Shown here: one piece after another, positions 49,778-61,007 of the stretch
Position numbering within the stretch: the first letter of the stretch is position 1
How the letters are laid out: every line of letters begins with the position of its first letter
Origin: Haliotis rubra
Taxonomy: Eukaryota
Length of the DNA: 64,000 bases
Assembly: GCF_003918875.1 (NCBI RefSeq)
Contig: NW_025765669.1
Coordinates: 3,410,001 to 3,474,000 of the forward strand
Direction: 5' to 3'
The notes under the pieces: model-generated
What the model was told of the DNA's origin: nothing
Databases searched by the model: none
The model's input: only the letters and a program-made list of their open reading frames with translations
Translations under genes and position numbers: made by a program

Positions 49778-52700
49778 ATGGAAGAAAGGAACAGCGTGGA
49801 AGCCAGGTAAGAGCAAAAATGGCTCCCGGAGAATTTATTTTGTACTTTGGTAGACTTTATAGAGTGATGACAGGCAATGTTCGAAATATAACTTACTCTA
49901 ATTATTACAAATTATTACAATTTGTTTTCAATCAATAGGATGTTTGGCACTCGCCTCATCTCACCTCACCCCACCCCCACCTCACCTAAGCTTAACTCAG
50001 TCTGGCTGTGGTCTGTCGCCTTTGGACAACATGTTTGCAGATTGTAATCTAATCATTAGGGGCCAACTATTTGATATTTGACTTTAGGACGTCATGAAAA
50101 AGGTCTCTGACTCCTTTCACAGAAATAATTGCGTGTAATAAAATAGAATATTGAACACATTCCAGCACCGTTCCTTCTCCGTCTTCACCACTTCAGGCTT
50201 CCCTCTTTTCAAGTCGTGATTTAACTGCAATATTGCTGAAAGCGGCGTTAATCCAATATGCCTCACTCCCTCATTAAATCCAGAACTATACAGGGTCTGT
50301 GCTTACCGGTGTCGACCCAATTACTACTCTGGGTCTATTGCCACGTGAAATAGAACGGAGAATTTATGTGTGTGTATAATTTTAGAAAACCGTCCTCCCA
50401 AATTACCTGACTGACTGAGTATGGTTTTACGCCGTTTTAGCAATATTCCAGCAATATCACGGCGGGGACACCAGAAATGGGCTTCACAAATTGTACCCAT
50501 GTGGGGAATCGAACCGGGGTCTTCGGCGTGACGAGCAAACGTTTTAACCACTAGGCTACCCGACCGCCCCCCAAATTAACTACCCCTGTACCCATAATCA
50601 AGGTAAACATCAGAGTGTCAGACAAGATGCCCATGCATCTGATTTCATTCTCTGAAACCATTGCATTTCATTATGACCTCGAATAAACGTTTTGTTTTAG
50701 GCACAAATTTGGGTCACCGATGGTGTAACTTTAAGTGAATTGTTAACCATTTTGTAATATAAACTGGCGTGCAAAAGAAAATACATACACGATTTTCATC
50801 ACATTCCACGCACAAAACTGTAAAAGATATTTGAGGTGTTTTAGCAGCACGTACATGTACTCGATGTTTGTGACTTGTAATTCACAATCGAAACATTTTT
50901 CAAAATATTCACTTGGAATTTCTTGGGCTGGGGTTTGTTTATCATTTCTAAATTTTAATGACCCCTGATTTCAAGCAGAAGGATACGAAAACGGAAGCCT
51001 ATTGTTGTCTCGACCGGCATGGAAGAAGGAAACAGCGTAGAAGAAAGGAACTATGTGGATGCCAGGTAAAAGCAAAAATGGCTCTCGGAGAACTGTCTGT
51101 TTACTTTGGGAGAGTTTATAGAGTGATGGCAGGTAGTGTTCGAAACATAACTTACTCTACAGTAACAAATTATTAATATTATTAATCAATAGGATGTTTA
51201 GCACATGTAAATTATTTAATTATGTATTGATGTTTGCTAAAGTTATAGTGTATCGCTGCAAAGTCACTGGAAGTGATTGTAATTTTGACACTTTCATAAA
51301 AGATCTAAAATTACATTAAAATATGGAAACATATCGGAAAAAATATATGTGAAAAAGTAAAATCTGTATGTGCATAGTCTTTAACACTTATGACAACTGT
51401 ATTACTAATTATGACCTATCATATTTAACCCCAACACCCTGGTATGTCCATCCACGTGACACTGTACAGGGGATTAAAATCGTGGAATTTTATTTGCTAA
51501 TAAATGATGCTGAAAAAAGAAGAAAAGGATATTTGGCACTCACCTCACCTCACTCACCTGACTTAGACACACGATTTTCATCACATTCCACGCACAACAC
51601 TGTAAAGGTTATTTTAGGTGTTTTAGAAGCAAGCACATGTACTCGATGTTTGTGACTTGTAAGTCACAATCGAAACATTTTTCAAAATATTCACTTGGAA
51701 TTTCTGGGGATGGGGCTTGTTTTACATTTGTAACTTTCAATGTCCCCTGATTTCAAGCAAAAGGATACGAAAACGGAAGCCTATTGTTGTCTCGACCGAC
51801 ATGGAAGAAGGGAAAAGCGTGGAAGAAAGGAACAATGTTGCATGCCAGGTAAAAGCAAAAATGGCGCTCGGAGAATTGTCTGTTTACTTTGGGAGAGTTT
51901 ATAGAGTGATGGCAGGCAGTGTTTCGAAACATAACTTATTATACAGTAATAGTAGTGGCCTCAAATGTATTGTCATTATTCCAAATTTCTTGCTTGAAAT
52001 TTCGAGTTTTGAAAGACATGAATTATCGTATTTCAAGGAAGTAGTCGAAACCATGACAAAATCATCGAAATTTTAAGTTTTTAAAACATCCTCGAAATTT
52101 CGAAGCAACGAAACTTTCGATTAAAAGCGTCATTTATGCTTCAAACGTAGAAGAAACATGGGCTTCCGTGAGAGGATGTTGGTCATCATAGTGCACGTGA
52201 TGTAATATTTCTCCACTCTTTTCAGATGCAGGCTCTTTGCTCCATTCCGTCACCTTGAGAAAATGGGATACAGGTTAAGACTCTTGGAGAACGAGTCACT
52301 TGCTGTTGTACACGTCCCCGGTCTTTCTGACGACGCCTTTGATGTCGACGGTAATACATAAATTGTATGGTGGTGCGATTTATCACCACCACCATCATCA
52401 ACATCATCATCATCATATGTGAATGTTTCTGATTGCGCCAAATCCACACCCTAATTGATGTTGAAAGTTTCCCCAGTGAATGAATGGATCGATATTGTCA
52501 GTTTTCTATTTTCTTCACCTTGGGGAGTATACGACTAATATCGTTGTTATTGGTCCATATATACTCAATAATTTCATTGACATACCATCTATGCGGATAT
52601 TTGAAAGGAAAATGTGTGGGTAATAGGCAGGGAGAGTTGTATGACGACATGATTCTTTCCACTTCAGGGAACTGCCACGTGTGGAGTATAGCGAAGATAA

Positions 52701-53410
52701 TAAGTGCAGCTGTTCATTTTGCACACAATTATCCCTTGGACAGTTCGGAACGCTTCTTCCTGGACTTTGGTATACTTAGCGATGGATTGCTCACCTTCAT
52801 GGCTTCTTCGTCCTTCGAATTTGACAAGTCTTTGTATGACCCTCTTGTGTCAAAATGGCCGCTCAAGATCAATGTACAGCTCGGATACATCGGGAAGTCT
52901 TCGACCAATTTTGTCAGTAATATTGTTGAACCATCATCTGGGAAAATACTGGTGAGAAATACCATCCAACTGGTTGCCATTGACAAAGAAACGCGGAAAC
53001 CGACGCCATTCCCACCATGGTGGAAGGAGAAACACGGCGAGAAGGCTGTCAGGAAGGAACCACTGATTGTCCAGAAGCTCTCCAAACCTGACAACGCCCA
53101 CACGTACACCTTGCGTGTGTCGTGGAGCGAAACAGACATGTACAAGCATGTCAACTGGGCGTCGTATGTGGTGTACTCCATCAATGCTCTCCACCACGGG
53201 ATCAAGGAGGGAGTGTTGAGAGGCGTGAGCAAGGAGGTGGTCAGGAATGGAGTGCAAAAGATGCAGATGGCTTACTTTGGTGAATGCGTGGAAGGGGACC
53301 AGCTGACTGTTTACTTCTGGGAGGTGGAGGACCAGCCTAGGACTGTGTATTTTGACATAGAAAAGGATGGAACGTCTGTCTTTCAAAACACATTAACATA
53401 TCATCAGTAG
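49778..53410 (+). CDS. TE-3: thioesterase-like paralog with cassette exon(s)
   Basis: Exon 1 is 49778-49806 (MEERNSVEA, phase 2). A 90-nt cassette at 50976-51065 and a 91-nt frameshifted cassette at 51758-51848. Then exon 52226-52350 and last exon 52668-53410 (743 nt). Confidence 0.8.
50408..50569 (-). mobile_element. SINE family A inserted after the cluster duplication
   Basis: Flanked by CCCAAATTA on both sides. The empty site CCTCCCAAATTAACTACCCC is present in the paralogous units at ~39985 and ~40935. Confidence 0.9.
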
Positions 53411-55118
53411 GAATGATTGCTGAATTATACAGACACATTATTCAACTGGTATTCATTATGTCAGTGCAAGAACATGGCGGAACAAAATGGCCGACAGCAC
53501 ATGGCCACCTTGCTGGAAAAAGGACAAGGGTTAATATATAACATGAAAACAAAGCAATCATGTGTCGATGTGTATGTGTGTTATGTATTGTAAATTAGAA
53601 TAACTAGAAAGAGATAACTCTGCGCAACTTCCGCCGTCAACCTCTAGGGGAGATCACTCTCCTGAGGGAGGTAACACTGCTCACGGTGGTTGCATACTTC
53701 AACTTACAAAAGTAACGGAGTCAAACCTCAGGGTTCAGAGTCACCTGCTGAGCGAGTACCGTATGTAAACATCTGAAGAGATAGAGACATGTGACAGCTG
53801 TGATTGGATGAAAATAGTGTAACATTTTTATGTTTTTTAAATGCACATCCATCCAGTAATTAAAACTGATCACAATTTTAAGTATTTAGTGCTGTCATTT
53901 TTATCACCATGACGTATGTTTACTGTGTATACAGATATTTTCCAGTAGGTAACATTTGGTGGGGAACTGGGGCTGATGGGTTCAGCTTCCTGTGCTCTGG
54001 AAAGTAGCAACATAAGATAGCCGGAATTTGTGTTTTATTGTAGTTAAAAGGCCAAACTGTACCCATGTGTACATGGAATGGCTGTTGACAGCCTGGATGA
54101 TTTTTGGAAAAATATAACGTTACTATAGAAGTCTATGGGAAAACATCTGGTGTTGTGTAGCCTCAGGCATGGCGACCGATGATTTAACCACTTGGCCCTA
54201 CCGCCCTCCCTATAATAGATGAAGGACGAGACCTGTACATGCTATTTAATAAAACGTATATTATTGATCGGTTGATTTCAGGTAATTGAAATGTGTTCAG
54301 GTTTTCTCGTTATTGACATGTGTGTCGTCATTAATGTTACTAATTGTGTATCTAAATGGCTTCCCTGATATATTATGGGGAGGGGGTAGGTGGGAGAGGG
54401 GGATTGGACTCATCTAAAATGATCGTCTGTGATGAAAAACGCTAAAACAGACCGTATAAACACGCATGTAATGAAAACTTTTCTTTGTCATTGCATTGAT
54501 TTAGATAAAAGAGTTTGTGAAGCCAGGTAAATTAGTGTGTAAAGTCGCTTTTGTGGTCATTGAAATAAAAACGTTCATGAGAATGGTGGGAAGCTATGGC
54601 GGTTTTAAAGTGCTATCCTACCGCACCTTAACATAGACGCCGGATTCATACACACTCAGAGCTTATCGGTCCTTGTTGTATCCACCAATGAGACCAGCGA
54701 CATACCAGCTGACATGCACCATCTTAAACGTATGACTTGACCCTGGGATCGAACCCAAGCCTTCTACTCTCCAGGCTGACGCTCTATTAAACTCGACCAC
54801 GGATACTGTAAGAAGCTAAGTCTTACACTACAACATCGAACATGTCTGGTACTAAAGCCTGAAACGGGGTTCCTTAATTGTTAGATTAGTTCAAGCCACC
54901 CCTCGATAGCACAGCAATACCACTGTAATCTCCAGCTTGTAGCTCTCACTCGTGTCGCTGCGTTTGACTGTTCCGACAGTACTTAGAAGCAAACATCCAC
55001 TGGGATTCTAGTTTAGAATAGGTCTGCCATCGAATCCCTAGTGTCGATTGCTGTCATAACATCAATTACTGGATAGTTTAATCCAGAGTTTAACATTTAC
55101 ATGCCACCGATGGAACAT

Positions 55119-55367
55119 ACCCGTGAAGATCTGGGTTAGAACTGATCTTCAGCAACCCATGCTTGTCGTAAGAGGCGACTAACGAGATCGGGTGGTCAGG
55201 CTCGCTGACATTGTTTACTCATGTCATCGGTACCCAATTACGTAGAACGATACTCATGATGTTGATCACTGGATTGTCAGGTCCAGATTCGATTATTTAC
55301 AGACCGCCACCATAAAGTTGGAAGATTGCTGAGTGCGGCGTAAAACTAAACTCACTCACTCACTCAC
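55119..55367 (+). mobile_element. Retroposon family B with TSD
   Basis: Full-length copy; GATGGAACA is repeated on both flanks. Confidence 0.88.
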
Positions 55368-55779
55368 AGATGGAACACGTGCCGTTAAACATACAAAACA
55401 AAACACAAAGCTCGAGTCAAGTATCTTCTGTAATAACCTAAATATAAAACGTGGAGAGATTCCAAAACGCTTTACCTTTGTGGTATCCATGGATTTGGTG
55501 TGTCTGGATTTGCGGAGCTGGCAATGACAATGTTTGTTACTTTAATTTGTAAACTCATATTCTTCAACTCAATGGCTCATCATTGTCGACCCGATGTTTT
55601 TTAATTCACAGTGTACATTTATCACACCTGGGCCCAGTTGTACAAAGCGACCTTAATGCTACAACTACCATGTCTATGTTAGAATTACGATCGTCATAGC
55701 GCTGCTAAGATCGCGTTGTGCAAGTGGGCGCTGGTCCTTTGAGATTTTACATTTTGAGATGAAAACACCACTGAAACTG

Positions 55780-58327
55780 TCAGTCGTGATAAACAAACGT
55801 GCTCTGGAATATAGACTGGCCCAATTTCTGAATATCGAAATGTACAGTTTTGTCATCCTGGTCCGATGCCCACACCCAAATAGTCAGCTCATCGTTCTCT
55901 AAACTCTCCCCGATGTAAGTGTTCCTCATGGACTTGATGCCACGTTTGACCACCCCCTTGGTAACAGCTCCCATGCAACCTTTCTCTATGGCATAATGCA
56001 ATGCGTTGACGCAGTAGTACGCATAGTATGCGTAGTTGGTGTGATTATGATTGTCAGTGTGCACCCATGCGACCTTGACATTGTACAGCACAGCGCCACC
56101 TGGCCGCTCTAATTTTGGAACTATCATTGGATTTTTCAAGATGGCGGATCCGCCATGTTTCTCCCTCCACCAATCCGGAAGAGGTTTAGGTCGTCTGCTT
56201 GTTTTATCCATTCCAACGAGATGATTGATGTTTTTGAGGATGGTCTGACCGGTTGATGGAACAATAATGGAACCAACGGAACTGAAGGATGACTTGCCAA
56301 CATACCCGAGTTGATACAAAACATCTAAGGGGTTCTTAGGTACGGATATGTCATAAAGTTCCCTTTCTGTAACGAACTCGGATGAAGCTGCGAACGCCAG
56401 TCTGTCCGACGTGAGCTCAGCGTAGTCAAATAGTGTCCTTCCAGACACATCCAGGGGACAGTGGGAAGCAAATATTCTAGCTATGGTTACAAATCGCATC
56501 AAGCTCGGCATTGTGGGATTACCTGAAATGGAGAATTCTTGTCGATATGTGATACTCGTTGAAACAATGATCAAAAGAAACATTTATACGACCTGAAACA
56601 GAAGAGTAAGACTAATTCGGTAACCATACAGTTTGAGTTTAACGCCGGTAACAGGTTCTGACAGTATTACCGTTATTTCTCTTGTCAGCATACGAAAGTC
56701 GTAGCTAAGATCATGCACTTTGTGCTAGTACACCAAGGTCTTAGCAATTTTGGTGAAATCAATCAGGGCGAAAAGTGTGTGATTCTTTATTCCTGCCTCA
56801 TGCACTTACGCACGCAAGAACGCACGCCCACTATTATTTCTATTTTTGATATAGACTTAATTACTGGATACGTCAGTTCGTTAAAAAATTAAAATTATCA
56901 TTAAAACTAGCATGCGACACAAACACTGTATTTACCGTCTCTGTCCAAGGATTCAAGTGAAAAGCCAGGAGTATGTACGATAGACTGCGTCTCTGTCGTG
57001 TCCACCGTCTGACTGTATCCCATGTTCTTCAGGCTGGCCATGAAGCGTCTGTAATGAGTGAGTGAGTTGTGTTTTACGCCGCAGTTGGTTAAACACGGTT
57101 GTGTTGCACTTAATGTTGTCTAGAAACAAAATGCTTAGTACCTTCACATTCTTTCTTAATGCATTATGTTCGGGTGTGTCGAACATCGGATAATAGAGGT
57201 ACTTACGTAGTTCCCTTTACTGACTGAGTGAGTTGGTTTTACGCCGCTTTTAGCAATATTCCAGCAATATCACGGCGGGGACACCAGAAATGGGCTTCAC
57301 TCATTGTACCCATGTGGGGATTCGAACCCGGGTCTTCGGCGTGACGAGCCAACGCTTAAACCACTAGACTACCCCACCGCCCCTAGTTCGCTTTAAATAA
57401 CTTCGACACAACTGAGCAAAGGCCTGGCAAACAGGTCGGTGATGGCATGAACCGTGACTCATGATGGGGTAGGATAACGTACTACAGACAAGGGCATAAT
57501 TATAAGAATCACATGCATCAACCAATAGGTAAGTGATCATGACTGTTTACAAGAATTCCCGTAATGGTTGATGAACGTTATACAACAGACGACTGTTATA
57601 TTGAGTGCGTTTGGTCTAACGGCGCTTTGAATGTTCCCGGTATATAACATCTTCTGGGGTGAGTTTAGTTTCACGCCGCTTTTAGCAATATTCTAGCAAT
57701 ACCACGGCGGACGGACACCAGAAATGGGCTTCACACATTATACCCATGTTGGGAATCGTACCCGGGTCTTCGGCGTGACGAGCGAACGCCTTAACCACTG
57801 GGCTACCCCATCGCCCATTTCATATTTGAGAAGGATCACTGCATATTATATAATCAAATATGGATACATGAAAATACCGTGACTAGAATTAGTACAGAAA
57901 ATCACATTAAAGAAATCATTCATGTATAATATTTGTATCTTTGAACTGAAAAAGCATTACAAAAAATCTGTCAACCCTACGATTTGTCCCACCCGACACT
58001 AAGGAATAACATTTTATGGAGCTTCAATGTGTGACCCAGTAATAAGGGGGAGTAACTCTAATCTCAACTGATTTCAACCTTTGACCAGAAGCAAAACGAC
58101 ACCGAATTACCTCAGTTGTTCACTGTTAACAAACCACCAAACCCGTATTCTTTTGTTGAACACACAACTAACCGGGAAAGAAGTCCTGAAATGGCATCAT
58201 CACTTTGTTCTGGTGACCCGTCAGTACTGAACTGTCTCAGATACGAGCAAGACAGAACACCACGTCTGAAAAGCGTTGGCAGTCCAAGATGCTGGCAGAG
58301 TCCGGTTGCGGTGTAAATGGTGAACAT
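55780..58327 (-). CDS. TE-4: divergent thioesterase-like paralog with a mitochondrial-presequence-like N-terminus
   Basis: Exons 58173-58327 (MFTIYTATGLCQHLGLPTLFRRGVLSCSYLRQFSTDGS.., phase 2), 56936-57048 (..NMGYSQ..PGFSLESLDRD, phase 1) and 55780-56522 (743 nt). Motifs LGYVGKSS, DKTSRRPKPLP, HTDNHNHTNYAYY and YIGESLEND. Confidence 0.85.
57219..57383 (-). mobile_element. SINE family A (intronic)
   Basis: Full-length match. Confidence 0.9.
57658..57816 (-). mobile_element. SINE family A (intronic)
   Basis: Full-length match. Confidence 0.88.
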
Positions 58328-58964
58328 TACAACAACTTCTTCTGTTGAAGAGCACAGTTGTTGAATCAGTCAACTATCGTCGATTGTTAGCGCAGCTACT
58401 TCCCTGTATTCTAGACAGACGAGACAAGGAAATGAACGTGACGTTTGACTGGTTTTCTCTCTCGGTGCACGGTCGTGTGTCGGCGAAGCACCCGTCCCGT
58501 CATGTTGTATATGTGTCTTTCATTATTTATGATAATAGAGTCATTTCTGTGTTAGATGATCGCATTTTATATTTGATAACTAATTTCATTATTTATATCA
58601 AGAATTACAAACATGTTGGCCTATAGACTAACGCTTAATCTCTGAATATATAATTTTGACAGTAACAAATACTAGTAATCCTTTGGAAAGGAGACCAGAT
58701 GAGATGGAGATTCAGAACCTGAGTCATTTCGGGCTTTAGCATTGCAGGGAGGGCTGGGCAGGAGGAAGAATAATGTGGTTCAGGTATTTTGAGACAGACT
58801 ACTATGCCTGAACCGTAGGAAATCTAGATTTGCTTCATTTAGAGTTTTAACACTGCAGGGAGGGCTATTCAGTTGGGAATATAGTGTGGTCCAGGGACTG
58901 TGAGATAGAGTAGTTGGCCTACACAAATAGGTACTACTCCCTTAAGTTTGTTATCTGAAATTAC

Positions 58965-58996
<32 letters not shown>

Positions 58997-60769
58997 TTTA
59001 TTTCCTCCATTAGGAGATTATTGTGAAGATATTTACAAATTTGGACAGTAGATGGACATTTACATGTTTTGCATAGCTACAAGAAGATGCTATATATTTA
59101 CATGTCAATTATATATAATTAAAATTAAATTCTGAATTATTCTATATCGCCAAAGGTAAATTATCTGATTTTTACAAACCTGTTATGACCATAGTAGCAT
59201 ATTTCATTATGATAGGCCATATTTTACAAGATTATTTATTTATGGTATTGTTTTTATTCAAAATTCTTCCTGCTCTGTTAATATGTCGGGATATCATGAC
59301 TTCTATTTTATCATGCCAGTCACTACGATGGTGGTACTGTAACTTTCATAGGTAAGTGATGAAGAAAATATGTTGATTTCGTGCCAAGATTTCGAATTTA
59401 TTGATAATTCTGACATATCTCTACACAGTGTGTATATTTAAGGTCTAGATATTTGTTCAGTAATCCATTAAACGATGTTTATATATACGATGGAAGCTTT
59501 GTAGAGCAATAAGATACGTTCTAACCTCTGCAAAATGTGTGTTGTGTTTTTTCTCCAGACAGACATTTTGTTTTGCATTGTTGCATTGCACGCGATATAT
59601 TTCGGGCACTGCCCTAAATTGTGCATGATTTTCAATTTTCGAATCAGGTCCAAAGCTTTTGTTTTGTGTGTTTGTGTTTAACGGTGCACTCTGCTATATT
59701 CCAGCTATATGACGGCGGTCTGTAAATAAATCGAGTTTTGACCAGACAATCCAGTGATCATGAGCATATACAAAGTGAAGTGTGGTTACCGGAAATGCAG
59801 TGCGACAGGACACCCTATAATTTCAATAGTCGAACGCTAAATCCGCTCATCGCGACTTGAGAAGGGAGTTAACTCTTACAGCTTTACACTTCACTTCATG
59901 GGCACAATTCATATTTTTGTGTTTCAAGTAAACCATTTGTAGTACTGGCGGTGTGGAAACACTGAGAGTTAGACTGAAATATGGACGTTCGTGAAGGATA
60001 GTGATTTTCCTCATTTCATCTGTAGCCTCGAAACAAAGGTTCATATTAACTCAAAACTGTTTGAATATTTTATGACCGCTTTTGAATTTGTTTTCTTCAA
60101 CGCCATGTATTGTCACAGAAACTGGTAAAACATACAACACGGTTGAAATGTGTATTTGCCAGCACATTTGAGATTATCATCACAATCAAAATTTAATATA
60201 TATGCTTATAATAGTTCAAGTTCTTCAATATAGTCTTCACTTTATTAATAATATTATTTTGTGTGTTTAAAACATGTAAATTTTGCAAAGCTTACTTAAA
60301 TCATACACTTACATGAGCAGTTATGTCAACAGACGGGAATTTAGATGCCGTCTCGACAGACGTCGGACGAACAGGCCAATATGTAGTAAAACATATTATA
60401 TTCTTTGGTACTCTTAACAAAGGGTAATCAGTAAGATTGGTAATACTGACAATATGGTTTGTTGTTTAAGGCCACACTCAGGGGTATCTCAGCTCTATTA
60501 CGGCGGTCTGTGAATACTCGAGTCTTTATTAGATAATCCAGTGGTCAACAGCATGAGCATCGATCTACGCAAATGGGATTCGATGGCATGTGTCAACCAA
60601 GTTAGAGAGCCCGACCCCCCGATCCCGAAAATATGTCTCTGAAGCAGATATGCACACTTAAGACCTTTTTCAGAGGTTGTACCTGAGAAGATCCGGATCC
60701 CATGCTTCGGATCATCAAGGGTCCCCCCTTTCAGAAAGCGATCATAGCTTTCACACAGGTTTTTCATCG

Positions 60770-61007
60770 CTTTGTTTACGCCAAGCAATATTCCTGCTAT
60801 ATGATAGCGGTCTGTATCTAATCGAAATCGATTCTGGACCAGACAATCCAAAAATTGACATTTATATGCGCATCGCTCCAAGCGATTGGAATACTTAGCG
60901 ATGTATAAACCAAGTCATCAAGCCTGACCATCATCCATCCACGTTAATCGCCTCTTACGACAAACATGGGTGGCTGGAGACCAGTTCTAACCCGGATCTT
61001 CACGGGT
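60770..61007 (-). mobile_element. Retroposon family B, diverged
   Basis: Full-length diverged copy. Partial copies at ~59670-59765 and ~60455-60630. Confidence 0.8.

Noticed and set aside
52484-52667. N-terminal part of the 308-aa ORF (likewise the 5' extensions of ORFs 44403 and 55780-56583)
   Set aside because: Intronic read-through upstream of the true acceptors (52667, 44757, 56523), as shown by the identical 743-nt last exon in all four paralogs.
34861-53386. Antisense ORFs over the thioesterase last exons
   Set aside because: Shadow ORFs of the coding strand, with variable lengths and stops between paralogs.
4057-58327. Methyltransferase plus thioesterases as a biosynthetic gene cluster
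   Set aside because: No synthase (PKS/FAS/NRPS) in the window, and the predicted compartments differ. Adjacency alone is not evidence.
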